This document shows positions 37,120-46,736 of a stretch of DNA of 64,000 bases, piece by piece. A program made the position numbers and the translations under genes. Numbering within the stretch: the first letter of the stretch is position 1; each line of letters opens with the position of its first letter. The notes beneath the pieces are model-generated. The model made no database searches. It was not told where the DNA came from and worked only from the letters and a program-made list of their open reading frames with translations. Origin of the DNA: Coriobacteriia bacterium (GTDB lineage: Bacteria; Actinomycetota; Coriobacteriia; WRKU01); NCBI GenBank assembly GCA_009777935.1, contig WRKU01000002.1, forward strand, positions 11,205 through 75,204, read 5' to 3'.

Positions 37120-40100
37120 ATGGCTTATTCGCGGAAACTTCTGTCGTCCGTGTTAACCTGCGTCCTTTTGCTCAACGTCTTTGCTCCCACTCTTGCGTTT
37201 GCGGAAAATGGGAGTGTTCAGGCGGAATCTGACGTAAATACCGCCCATGAGGATATTACGACAGGTACCGGCATCGGCCTTGATGACGGCACTGGCGGTA
37301 CTGGCTCAAGTGAGCAGAAAAACATCACGTTCGATTTTGCGTCGACCGTCTACGAAGAGACCGTCGATGCCATTGTTGATGTCGTCGAATACGTGTATAT
37401 CGATGCACTTGAACTTGTGTTGGGTACGCCACAGAACGTCGTCGTTGGTTTTATCGACGAGGAACTTGAACCAATTTCAGCGACGCTCTATTTTGAGCAT
37501 CTTGAGAGCGGGGCGCAACTGTCGGCAAAGGCAGATAATGCTATACCGGGTGCCGTGCTCTTTGAGCTCGATCCCGCCGATCTTTCGACACTCGGTTCTT
37601 ATCAGCTTACAAGTGTTGAGTATATGTTGGCGCTCGATGGTCACGTGTATGTCGTCGACTTCTCGACCGACCCCGAGAATGCTTACTTTTTTACTGTGGT
37701 AGAAGAAGGCACCAAAGGCGATGAAGGTGGGGATACGGTAGAGATTACCGCCTTTGCCGTCGATGAAGGCGGCGCTCTCGTCGAGCAAGAGGAACTTACC
37801 GTCGCGCTTGAAGAGGCAGAAAGTGCCATCACCGGGGTAGCCATTTCGGCATCTTCTGCGATAGCGCCAACGTCGAGTGCGGCGCAAATTGTTGTTGTGC
37901 TTGATCCCGGTCATGGGGGCACTGAGCCCGGTGCGGTGTACGGTGGTATGCGGGAGGCCGATATCAACCTTGCCATCGCACAGGCCTGTGCTGATGAGTT
38001 GAGGCAGTATGATGGCGTTAGGGTCGTCATGACGCGCACGACTAACGTAAACATGTCTATCGTTGATCGTGCCATCTTTGCTGCCAACCAAGGCGCACAC
38101 GTGCTCATTAGCATTCACTGTAATGCGAGCACTAACACAGCCGTCAACGGAGCCGAGATTTGGATTCCCAACAATGCAAGTTTCCACTTGGACCACCATT
38201 ACGCGGCTTCCCAGCTGTCTATTCGCATCCTTGCGGAGCTCCAACAGCTTGGTCTTGCCAATCGTGGTTTTTTTACGCGCAATGGTGATACGAACTACCC
38301 CAGTCCCGGTGGCCTGACCGACTGGTATGGACTTATTAGAGAGGCGCGCCTGCGTAACGTTCCCGCTATTATTGTCGAAAATGCTTTTATGAGCAACCCT
38401 ACGGAGATGGCACGTCTGAGCAATCCCAGCTTCCTTAGGCAGCTTGGCGCTGCTAACGCCACAGGAATTGCGCTTCATTTTGGTTTAACGAAGTGGACAT
38501 GGAATGCGCAGGTCAGCTCGACGCTTGCTTCGAATCAGCGCACCGCCACCATTACTATTGCACCTGCTGGCGCACCGGCGGGGCTCACCTCGATACGCGT
38601 ACCGGTGTGGGGTGCCGCAAATGGTCAGAACGATATCCGCTGGTACAACGCCGTGCGCCAGCCTAATGGTTCATGGACGGTTACCGTTCCCCTCTCCAAT
38701 CATCGTGAAACCGGGCGATACCATGCCCACGCCTACGCGCGTACAGACGGTGCCGAAAAACTCATTGGCTCAACGACCTTTACGGTTACGGCACCGACAG
38801 GCAGAATTGCTACCAGCCATTACAACGCTGCAGCAGGCACTTTTCGTGTCACGGTAAGCAACATCAACGCACCTGCCGGCATTTCACAGGTACGCGTTCC
38901 GGTATGGCATAACAACAATGGACGTCAAGAACACCTTGTATGGTACACAGCAACACGCCAGTCTAACGGGGATTACACCGTCAACGTCGCTGCCAGCAAT
39001 CACGGGTGGCGCACGGGTACCTATGAGGCTCACGCATATGTGCGCGATGGCAATGGTGCTGAAACACTAGTCGCAGGTACACGCCAAACGGTACAACGCC
39101 CTCCCGTTGAAGTACGCACGGCAGTCTCAAGCAATCAACGACAGGTGAGCTTTTATGTCGCCGGTGGACAGACCGTTAACGCCACGGCTGTTTGGTTCCC
39201 GACTTGGTCTAATCGTAACGGCCAAGATGATCTCGTGTGGCATCGTGCCACACGTATGGCCGATGGTTCCTGGCAGGCTACCGTACCGCTCTCACTTCAC
39301 CGTGATACCGGGGCATATACCATGCATGTGCATGCCGATATACCCGGCTCTGGACGTGTAGTGGTAGGTTCGAAGGCCTTTACGGTAACTCCACCGACCG
39401 GTCGTGTTTCTACCAGCCACTATAACGCCTCGACTGGTATGTTTCGTGTTACTGCCGGCAATCTGAGAGTGCCTCAAGGTATATCCGAGGTGCAGATTGC
39501 GGTATGGCGCGACAACAATGGACGCCAAGATCAGCTCAGGTGGTTTCGTGCCACACGTCAGGCCAATGGTGACTACACCCTTAACGTAGCGGCCAGCAAT
39601 CACGGATGGCTGACCGGCACCTACGTTGCTCACGCGTATGTGCGTGATGCTAACGGTCACTTCACGATAGTTGGCAGTGCGCGACAGAACGTACAGCGTC
39701 CTCCCGTTGAGGTACGCACTGCTGTGTCAAGCAATCAGCGACAGGTGAGCTTTTATGTCGCCGGTGGACAAACTGTCAATGCCACGGCTGTTTGGTTCCC
39801 GACTTGGTCTAACCGTAACGGTCAAGATGATCTCGTGTGGCACCGCGCGACGCGTATGGCTGACGGCTCCTGGCAGGCTACCGTACCACTTTCACTTCAC
39901 CGTGACGCTGGAGCATATACCATGCACGTTCATGCCGATATACCGGGTGGCGGTCGTGTCATAGCTGGCTCCAAAAACTTTACCGTTGCACCACCGACGG
40001 GCACTCCGGTAGTAAGAAGCGTGAACACCAACGCAGGTACGATGGTTGTCGAGATGACGGTGGGATCTCCTGCCGGTGTCCAAGCCGTCCAGTTCCCCTT

Positions 40101-40875
40101 CTGGAGTAATGCGAATCAGAGCGATATCCAATGGGTGAACGCGACGCATGTGGGTAACAACGTCTATCGTGCCACCTTGACGACGCCTCACCGCTTTGAC
40201 CGACAAGAACGCACCTATCAGATTCACGGATATGTGAGGACAGGCAACGGGCATTTTGTGCTTACCGGCTCTACCAGCAGAACCTTCTCCTACACCGGTA
40301 CGCTGAACGGGGCCCCGATTATGGGGGCATCGCAGACGAACGTTGCGCAGATGGTGCGTTACTTTAATAGTTCCGGTGCGACCTATCCCGGCCACATATA
40401 CGGCCAGTATGGGGCACCGACGATCACCGATTGGTGTCGTATTTTGCTCGAAGAAGCGAATCGAGAAGGTGTGCGTGCTGAAGTCGTGATGACCCAGGCG
40501 ATGAAAGAGACCGGATGGTTACGGTTTGGCGGACAGGTGCAGGTTGCACAGTGTAACTTTGGTGGTATTGGAGCTACCAACGGTGGTGCTGCCGGTGCGG
40601 ATTTCCGTCAATCTATGCAGGGTTCTCCTCTACAAGGCAGTGCTAATGGAGTGCGCCGAGGGTTGCGTGCACAGGTACAACACCTAAAAGGATATGCGAC
40701 CACTACACCGGCTGCGCAGTTTGCGACCTTTATCGAAAGTCCCCGCTTTCATTTCTTGGCAGATAGAAGGGGCGTAGCTCCAACGGTTATCGGTCTGAAC
40801 GGTCGATGGGCGGTGCCCGGTACGACCTATGGGCAGGATATTACCGCTATGATACAAGTGCTTCTGTCGAGATAG
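37120..40875 (+). CDS. Secreted modular cell-wall hydrolase: N-acetylmuramoyl-L-alanine amidase (Amidase_3), about 6 Bsp-like repeats, and a C-terminal glucosaminidase domain
   Basis: Signal peptide. 'VVVLDPGHGGTEPGAVYGGMREADINLAIAQ...' Amidase_3 domain. Tandem roughly 97-aa repeats ('VPVW..NGRQ..L.WY.A.RQ.NG.YT..V..S.H....G.Y..HAY'). C-terminal 'EVVMTQAMKETGWLRFGG...CNFGGIGAT' glucosaminidase-like domain. Confidence 0.75.
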   Translation: MAYSRKLLSSVLTCVLLLNVFAPTLAFAENGSVQAESDVNTAHEDITTGTGIGLDDGTGGTGSSEQKNITFDFASTVYEETVDAIVDVVEYVYIDALELVLGTPQNVVVGFIDEELEPISATLYFEHLESGAQLSAKADNAIPGAVLFELDPADLSTLGSYQLTSVEYMLALDGHVYVVDFSTDPENAYFFTVVEEGTKGDEGGDTVEITAFAVDEGGALVEQEELTVALEEAESAITGVAISASSAIAPTSSAAQIVVVLDPGHGGTEPGAVYGGMREADINLAIAQACADELRQYDGVRVVMTRTTNVNMSIVDRAIFAANQGAHVLISIHCNASTNTAVNGAEIWIPNNASFHLDHHYAASQLSIRILAELQQLGLANRGFFTRNGDTNYPSPGGLTDWYGLIREARLRNVPAIIVENAFMSNPTEMARLSNPSFLRQLGAANATGIALHFGLTKWTWNAQVSSTLASNQRTATITIAPAGAPAGLTSIRVPVWGAANGQNDIRWYNAVRQPNGSWTVTVPLSNHRETGRYHAHAYARTDGAEKLIGSTTFTVTAPTGRIATSHYNAAAGTFRVTVSNINAPAGISQVRVPVWHNNNGRQEHLVWYTATRQSNGDYTVNVAASNHGWRTGTYEAHAYVRDGNGAETLVAGTRQTVQRPPVEVRTAVSSNQRQVSFYVAGGQTVNATAVWFPTWSNRNGQDDLVWHRATRMADGSWQATVPLSLHRDTGAYTMHVHADIPGSGRVVVGSKAFTVTPPTGRVSTSHYNASTGMFRVTAGNLRVPQGISEVQIAVWRDNNGRQDQLRWFRATRQANGDYTLNVAASNHGWLTGTYVAHAYVRDANGHFTIVGSARQNVQRPPVEVRTAVSSNQRQVSFYVAGGQTVNATAVWFPTWSNRNGQDDLVWHRATRMADGSWQATVPLSLHRDAGAYTMHVHADIPGGGRVIAGSKNFTVAPPTGTPVVRSVNTNAGTMVVEMTVGSPAGVQAVQFPFWSNANQSDIQWVNATHVGNNVYRATLTTPHRFDRQERTYQIHGYVRTGNGHFVLTGSTSRTFSYTGTLNGAPIMGASQTNVAQMVRYFNSSGATYPGHIYGQYGAPTITDWCRILLEEANREGVRAEVVMTQAMKETGWLRFGGQVQVAQCNFGGIGATNGGAAGADFRQSMQGSPLQGSANGVRRGLRAQVQHLKGYATTTPAAQFATFIESPRFHFLADRRGVAPTVIGLNGRWAVPGTTYGQDITAMIQVLLSR
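38500..40290 (+). repeat. Intragenic tandem Bsp-like repeat array (period roughly 290 nt, with a two-repeat super-period near 600 nt)
   Basis: 39090-39350 and 39690-39950 are about 90% identical at the DNA level. About 1.5 kb of the array is also near-identical to the inverted copy at 58690-60165. Confidence 0.8.
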
Positions 40876-42810
40876 GTGGCGGTTTTGTTAAAGAAACTCG
40901 CCCGCTATGTGCGGGATAAAGTAAGGCCGCTTTTCTGTTATCTGCAGGATAAGCTCAAGATAACGGCGGTCCGAAACCTCTTCCGCTTCGTTGAGATCAA
41001 GAAGTCGGAAGTCTTTGGCCTCGTAATGTTTGCTGTGATTTTTACCGTCTTTGAAGGCATGGGGGTTACCTTCCTCCTCCCCATTCTTCAATACGCGGAG
41101 TCGGGCGGCTCAGCCGTTGAAAACTCAAGCGGTTTTATCTGGGAGACTATCGCAGACATACTCGCGCTCGTAAACCTTGAGCCGACGCTCATCGTGCTGC
41201 TCATTATGGCTTTTATACCCATCTTGCTGCGCAACGTACTCTTCTACATGAGAGCGTGGTACAGCTCGGTTGTGTCGAGTCGTATCATGTTGCGATTGCG
41301 CATGAAGGTCGCCGATGTTATCTATGCCTCTGACCCCGAATTCTTTACGCGACATCCCGTCGGTGAGCTCTATGGGGTAGTGATGTCAAAGACCTCAACG
41401 GCAGGCGGTGCGGTACTAGCCATTATCAACCTCCTTGGTATTGGCCTGCTGCTCGTTATGTACACGGCTATTTTGTTGTTGCTCTCCGTTCCCTTGACAC
41501 TCGTTGCGCTAGGCTTTGCTCTCGTGGTGTCGCTCGTGAACAAGCGGGTGCTCAAATGGATTGCGGCCAACTCACTTAAGACGGCACGCCTGAGCCAAAA
41601 ACTCACCGCGAAGATTGTCGAGCGTATGGGACAGATGCAGCTCGTCAAGCTACGCCACACCGAAAAAGAAGAGGTCGAGAACATCAGGTATACGTCAGAG
41701 ACGATGCGTATGCTTGGCATCAAAGCAGCTAAGGTGGGGGCCGGTGTTGAAATTATCGTCGACCCTATCATGATGCTCTCTGTTTTTGTAACACTCTACA
41801 TCGCTATCGCCGTTCTTGGCTCAACGCTTGCGCAGCTGACGCTCGTCATCTTTATCTTGACGCGGCTCAATGGGCGCGTGAGGGAGTTCAACGGTGCGCT
41901 GCAGGGGATCACGAGCGCGACGGCTGGTGTCAAACTTGTCAACGAGATGTTTGAGGCTTCGCAAGAGGCAAACGTTATTGTATCGGGGCCGCGGGAGTTC
42001 ACCGGTGCGCAAGAGTCAATCGAGTTTCGTAACGTGGCGTTTGACTATCCCGATGTGTACTCGGCGAAAGGCGCGCTCGTATCGGTCGGCAGACCGGTTA
42101 TCGCTGACTTTAATGCAACCATCAAGGCGGGTTCGTTTACGGCATTGGTGGGCCGTAGTGGTGCCGGTAAATCGACGCTCGTCGAGCTTATTCCGCGTAT
42201 GCGTGAGGCGACGGCCGGCGAAATTCTGTATGACGGTGTGAGCATTAAAGAGTTTCAGGTTGGGTCTTTGCGTCGCGGCATAGGATACGTTACTCAGACG
42301 CCGATGCTCTTCAACAATACCGTCTATGAGAACCTCACCTACGGTCTCGATCGTGAGCCGGCCGGTCATGAGGTATACGATGCGCTTGAGAAAGCGCACG
42401 CGACCTTTGTCTACGACCTGCCAAAGGGACTTGAGACGAAGATTGGCGATCGAGGTGTTCGTTTTTCGGGGGGTGAACGCCAACGTATTGCTATGGCACG
42501 CGTGCTACTTGCCGATCCTGATGTATTCGTTTTCGACGAGCCGACCTCTGCCCTCGATAGTGAGAGCGAAGGCTATATTCAGCAGACTCTTAATGCACTC
42601 CATGGCCAGAAGACACTCATCGTTATCGCTCATCGTCTTGCGACTGTGGTGGCCGCCGATCAGCTTCTCGTCGTCGATAAAGGAAAGGTCGTCGAACGAG
42701 GCACTCACACAGATCTTATTGCACAAGATGGGGTATATGCGGATCTCTTCCAGAGCCAGCTTCTCGGTTTTGACGGCGATGAGAGTGGGCAGAAAGAAAG
42801 CAGCGCATAA
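40876..42810 (+). CDS. ABC exporter, fused permease/ATPase (MsbA-like half transporter)
   Basis: Six TM helices, Walker A 'GRSGAGKST', ABC signature 'LSGGERQRIAMAR', Walker B 'VFVFDEPTSALD'. Confidence 0.85.
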   Translation: MAVLLKKLARYVRDKVRPLFCYLQDKLKITAVRNLFRFVEIKKSEVFGLVMFAVIFTVFEGMGVTFLLPILQYAESGGSAVENSSGFIWETIADILALVNLEPTLIVLLIMAFIPILLRNVLFYMRAWYSSVVSSRIMLRLRMKVADVIYASDPEFFTRHPVGELYGVVMSKTSTAGGAVLAIINLLGIGLLLVMYTAILLLLSVPLTLVALGFALVVSLVNKRVLKWIAANSLKTARLSQKLTAKIVERMGQMQLVKLRHTEKEEVENIRYTSETMRMLGIKAAKVGAGVEIIVDPIMMLSVFVTLYIAIAVLGSTLAQLTLVIFILTRLNGRVREFNGALQGITSATAGVKLVNEMFEASQEANVIVSGPREFTGAQESIEFRNVAFDYPDVYSAKGALVSVGRPVIADFNATIKAGSFTALVGRSGAGKSTLVELIPRMREATAGEILYDGVSIKEFQVGSLRRGIGYVTQTPMLFNNTVYENLTYGLDREPAGHEVYDALEKAHATFVYDLPKGLETKIGDRGVRFSGGERQRIAMARVLLADPDVFVFDEPTSALDSESEGYIQQTLNALHGQKTLIVIAHRLATVVAADQLLVVDKGKVVERGTHTDLIAQDGVYADLFQSQLLGFDGDESGQKESSA

Positions 42811-42812
42811 CT

Positions 42813-44210
42813 ATGGGTAAGAAGCCGGCCTCGGTTGGCATTGTGCTTGCGGCATATAACTCCGCGGAGTTTCTTGAGCGCGCAGTACATTCGGTACAGG
42901 CGCAAACCTGCAAGGACTGGCAGCTTGTTATCGTTGACGATGCCTCGACCGATGATACCTATGCGATTGCGTGTCGGCTTGCTGCCGATGACGCGCGCAT
43001 TGTGGCGCTTACCTATGAGGAGAACAGGGGGCGTGAGTACGCACGCCAGCATGGGCTCGAACACCTCGATACGCAATGGGTGACCTATCTTGACCATGAC
43101 GATGCCTTCGATCCGCGCTGGTGTCGCACGATGCTGAAAACGGCGCGTCGTCACCCCGGCTATGTGATGTATGGCTGTAACTGGGAGTTTTATCGCTACC
43201 GTCCGAATGCCGGGCAGACAGGTGAGTTCGAGCCTACGGGTCGCACCATGTTTCATGAGACAGAGCTAGTCGAAGTCGATTTCCTCACGCACATTCGCGG
43301 ATGGGCACAAGGGTGGAGAATTTGGATGAATGGCACGATTATCGATCGTGCGTGGTTCATGGGCATCGGCGGATACAGCTTTTACGGGGAGAATATCGGC
43401 GATGATATTCTGCCGGCGCTTTCGATTCTGCATCGGGGAACCGGGCTTCGTATTCCGCAGGTTTTGTACCATCATACACGCGGCGTTGAAGGACAGGGAT
43501 CATCACTTTCGCTCGACCGCCTCTGGGAGAAAAATATTACGTATTACACGCTTTTCCTTGAAAAAGAACAGCTTAACGCCGATGAAAAAGAGGCGATGCA
43601 GGCTGAAATACGTAAGATGCAACGTTTTATCGAAAGTCGCCGAGGGGAAGTATACAATCCGCTCGATGAGCGGGCGAAGATTGCGCCGGCGGTTTTTACC
43701 GATGAAGCGATAGGGAAGAACTCGCTCGCAGGGTGCACGGTATGCCTCGTGCATCCTTTTGGAACAGGTGCCTACGATATGCGGGTACACAAGACGGCCT
43801 ACGCGCTGTATCGACTGGGAGCTACGGTTACGCTGATTGCTGACGCAGCAACGGAAGGCACGTGTCACGATGCGGCCTGGACACCATTTGACTACCCGCT
43901 GCATATCCAGCAGTTGAAGACGCCGTTGCTGCGTCGACACCGCCCGTATCGTAACGTAACAGGCTGGCTCGTGCGTGAAGCGCGTGAAGCGAAGCGGTTC
44001 GATGTCATCGGGTTTTTTGGGCCGGATGCGCAGAAGGAAGCTGAACTTCTACACGAACAATATGGCATGCGTACCGCACACGATGCTTATCTCGAGACCG
44101 ATATCTCCTTTGAGGTTCTGCCTGAGGTAGGAGATTACGATGGTTCGAGCTACTGTGAGGCGCACCAAGCAGCGGCTTTGTATGCTACGTATGGCGTGGC
44201 CAGTGCTTAG
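42813..44210 (+). CDS. Glycosyltransferase family 2 with C-terminal extension
   Basis: 'VGIVLAAYNSAEFLERAVHSVQAQTCKDWQLVIVDDASTDDT' GT2 N-terminus. Confidence 0.75.
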   Translation: MGKKPASVGIVLAAYNSAEFLERAVHSVQAQTCKDWQLVIVDDASTDDTYAIACRLAADDARIVALTYEENRGREYARQHGLEHLDTQWVTYLDHDDAFDPRWCRTMLKTARRHPGYVMYGCNWEFYRYRPNAGQTGEFEPTGRTMFHETELVEVDFLTHIRGWAQGWRIWMNGTIIDRAWFMGIGGYSFYGENIGDDILPALSILHRGTGLRIPQVLYHHTRGVEGQGSSLSLDRLWEKNITYYTLFLEKEQLNADEKEAMQAEIRKMQRFIESRRGEVYNPLDERAKIAPAVFTDEAIGKNSLAGCTVCLVHPFGTGAYDMRVHKTAYALYRLGATVTLIADAATEGTCHDAAWTPFDYPLHIQQLKTPLLRRHRPYRNVTGWLVREAREAKRFDVIGFFGPDAQKEAELLHEQYGMRTAHDAYLETDISFEVLPEVGDYDGSSYCEAHQAAALYATYGVASA

Positions 44211-44230
44211 GCATCTGCTACCATAGTCTT

Positions 44231-45382
44231 ATGAGCAAAACTCACGATAAAGCTGACAAAATCGCCGTCGGTATCATCTGTGACGAAGCAGGCTCCTTAT
44301 TCGAGGGCGGCACATCGCTTCCGCGTTTTGGCGGTGCCGGTTTGCATATGTATCTGCTTGGCAAGGGGCTGAGCGCGAATCCGCGCTACGACGTGCGTTT
44401 TATCTTTACCTATACGCCTCCGGTCAACCTGCACGAAGACAATATTTCGTTTATCTGGCTCAAGACCGTTTCGCATGCTCTTGAGCGTAGGCTTGCTCGC
44501 TGGATACCTCCGTTGCGTAACGCACTCGGCGCACGCCCCTATCGCAATCTACCCGAAAAACGTGTGTTTATTACCACGATGGCCGATTTTGCTCCGCATC
44601 TTATTGAGCAGGCGAACTACGCCGAGGCCAAGACCATCTTTCAGACTGCGTGTGAGCTCGATGTGACGCAGCCATATGAGCGCACGCCCGAAGACGGCGC
44701 GGTGTTGCTCGACACCATCGCTGCGTGTGACCAGGTTTTCGTACAAACTGAAGCTCAGCGTGATAATCTGCGTGCTAATCGCGGCAAGGACTCAATCGCT
44801 GTCCATAAAGGGTGGCCGGCACCTCTGCGACGTCCCTCGATTAGCGGTCGAGACTATGTCTTGTGGGTGGGCAGCGCCCAGATGGTGAAGCAGCCGTGGC
44901 TATTTTTTGACACTGCGCGCTTATTGCCAGATATCCCCTTCGTTGGTGTCATGCCTCCCGCCGTCAAGAGTGTGGCCGACTACGCGCGCCGACAAGCAAG
45001 TGAGCTGCCTAACGTTACGCTGATCGATAAGCAGTTGGGATATCGTGAGGTGCAGGAGTACTTTGGCAAGGCCGCCGTCTATCTCTATACGACCGAGTTC
45101 GGCACGCACCCGGAGTTGACGGTCATTCAGGCTGCCGTCGGCGGTGCAGCAATCGTTTCTGAACGTCTTGATCCCGATGACGGCATGTTTGTTCGTAAGG
45201 AGTGCGGTCTCGTTACCGGTGTGGGTGCAAATCGACTTGCTGCCGGTATCACCACCGTCTTAGACGATGTGGCACTCAGAGAAACGCATACGCAAAATGC
45301 CTTCGATTACGTTGCGCATCACTACAGTTACGAGGGCATGATAGAGGCATACGAAGAGGTTATCGATGGCTTTTTCGCATAA
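44231..45382 (+). CDS. Glycosyltransferase family 4 (GT-B)
   Basis: 'FGGAGLHMYLLGKGL' N-terminal motif. C-terminal GT1 'TEFGTHPELTVIQAAVGGAAIV'. Confidence 0.7.
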   Translation: MSKTHDKADKIAVGIICDEAGSLFEGGTSLPRFGGAGLHMYLLGKGLSANPRYDVRFIFTYTPPVNLHEDNISFIWLKTVSHALERRLARWIPPLRNALGARPYRNLPEKRVFITTMADFAPHLIEQANYAEAKTIFQTACELDVTQPYERTPEDGAVLLDTIAACDQVFVQTEAQRDNLRANRGKDSIAVHKGWPAPLRRPSISGRDYVLWVGSAQMVKQPWLFFDTARLLPDIPFVGVMPPAVKSVADYARRQASELPNVTLIDKQLGYREVQEYFGKAAVYLYTTEFGTHPELTVIQAAVGGAAIVSERLDPDDGMFVRKECGLVTGVGANRLAAGITTVLDDVALRETHTQNAFDYVAHHYSYEGMIEAYEEVIDGFFA

Positions 45383-46736
45383 GCGCTTCGTGCCGAAGAG
45401 CCTTGCTTCTCTCTTAGCAACGGTTGCTGTTTTTGCAGCGATTACCTTTGGGGGAGCAGCTCTTGTGACGGGCCCGGCCTTTGTTTTTAGCGATTCTATG
45501 AGCTATAGCATCGCTGCGCAACGTCTGATACATACAGGAACCTTTGAGATGAACGGTATTCCCGAGCTAGAGGTTCAGAGTGGCCCCTCGGCGTGGACGA
45601 TGCCGGGGTACACGCTGTTTCTTGCTCCGGTATATGCTGCGATAGGTCTTACGGACGATGTGCTTACAAACGTTGAACGTGCCCGGCCGATTATCTGTAC
45701 GTTACAGTATTTGCTGGCGGTAAGTTCTGCGGTCGCGCTCGCGGGGTGCGGGTTCTTGATAGCTGGCACAAAGGGAGCGGGGATTGCGGGTGTTTTGACC
45801 GCGCTGTATCTGCCTCTTGGCATCAACGCCATGTATATCGGTACAGAAACGGTGGCGTTTTTTGGTACGGCCCTTTGTCTTCTCTGTGCGTTGTTGATGT
45901 TATACGCATCGTCACGAAAACAGGCACTCATCTGGAGTGTCTGTTACGGTATTGCGGGCGGCATTCTTGTTATGGTTCGCCCCACTATCCTCCCTTGGCT
46001 CGTTGTGCCGTTTCTATTTTTTGTATGGTCACGACGCAAAGATTTACCAACGGCGGCCATGACGGTCGGTGTTTGGTGTATGGCAGTGGCTGTGATAATG
46101 AGCCCGTGGATTATCCGTAATGCTGTTGTCTTCAATCAGTTCATTCCCCTTATGACCGCCTCAAGCAGTCCGCTTCTTGAGTCTACCGGGGCTACAACCT
46201 TTTCTTCGGAAGAGGAAGAGATTGCACGGCAAGCAGAGCAAGATGGGGAAGATGCTAACAGAGCGGTCGCACACCATCGTTTGATGCAGCGATGGCAGGC
46301 AAGCCGCAGAAACTTTGTTTTGTGGAAGATAGAAGCACTCTATGCATCCTCCATCCAGTATCCCCATATGCCTCGTGCAAACCAACACATGTATACAGCG
46401 ATTTTTGACTTGCCGGAAAAAGAACGGGAGGGCTACAACCTTGCGGTAGTCGAAAGCTCGCGCCACCAAAACCCTGAGCGCGTGGGGGAAAAAGTGCTCG
46501 ATTGGTACACTACTTGGTATCATCGCGTGCTGTTGGTAGGTGCTTTTTTGGGGTTGGTGTTCTCATATAAGAAACGCGATGCATGGCTTTTGGCTTCGCT
46601 GCCCCTTTTCTTTTTTGCCGCGCACTCGTACTTCCTCGTTGAACCCCGTTATCTTTACTATAACGTGACGGCATACGTGCTTCTTACCACGTTAGGCATA
46701 GTTAGTGTGATGGGGTGGGCACATGCTCGCAGGTAA
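45366..46736 (+). CDS. GT-C-like polytopic membrane glycosyltransferase (ArnT/PMT-like), paralog 1
   Basis: About 11 TM helices. First extracytoplasmic loop 'FVFSDSMSYSIAAQRLIHTGTFEMNG'. Paralog of the gene at 51124. Confidence 0.45.
   Translation: MAFSHKRFVPKSLASLLATVAVFAAITFGGAALVTGPAFVFSDSMSYSIAAQRLIHTGTFEMNGIPELEVQSGPSAWTMPGYTLFLAPVYAAIGLTDDVLTNVERARPIICTLQYLLAVSSAVALAGCGFLIAGTKGAGIAGVLTALYLPLGINAMYIGTETVAFFGTALCLLCALLMLYASSRKQALIWSVCYGIAGGILVMVRPTILPWLVVPFLFFVWSRRKDLPTAAMTVGVWCMAVAVIMSPWIIRNAVVFNQFIPLMTASSSPLLESTGATTFSSEEEEIARQAEQDGEDANRAVAHHRLMQRWQASRRNFVLWKIEALYASSIQYPHMPRANQHMYTAIFDLPEKEREGYNLAVVESSRHQNPERVGEKVLDWYTTWYHRVLLVGAFLGLVFSYKKRDAWLLASLPLFFFAAHSYFLVEPRYLYYNVTAYVLLTTLGIVSVMGWAHARR

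Noticed and set aside
37477-38478. 333-aa minus-strand ORF
   Set aside because: It lies antisense to the Amidase_3 domain region of the autolysin gene. No ribosome-binding site and no homology features were seen.
38500-40290. Regularly spaced direct repeats that could superficially suggest a CRISPR array
   Set aside because: The period is about 290 nt and is fully protein-coding (Bsp-like domain repeats within one long ORF). There are no short 25-40-nt repeats with unique spacers and no cas genes.
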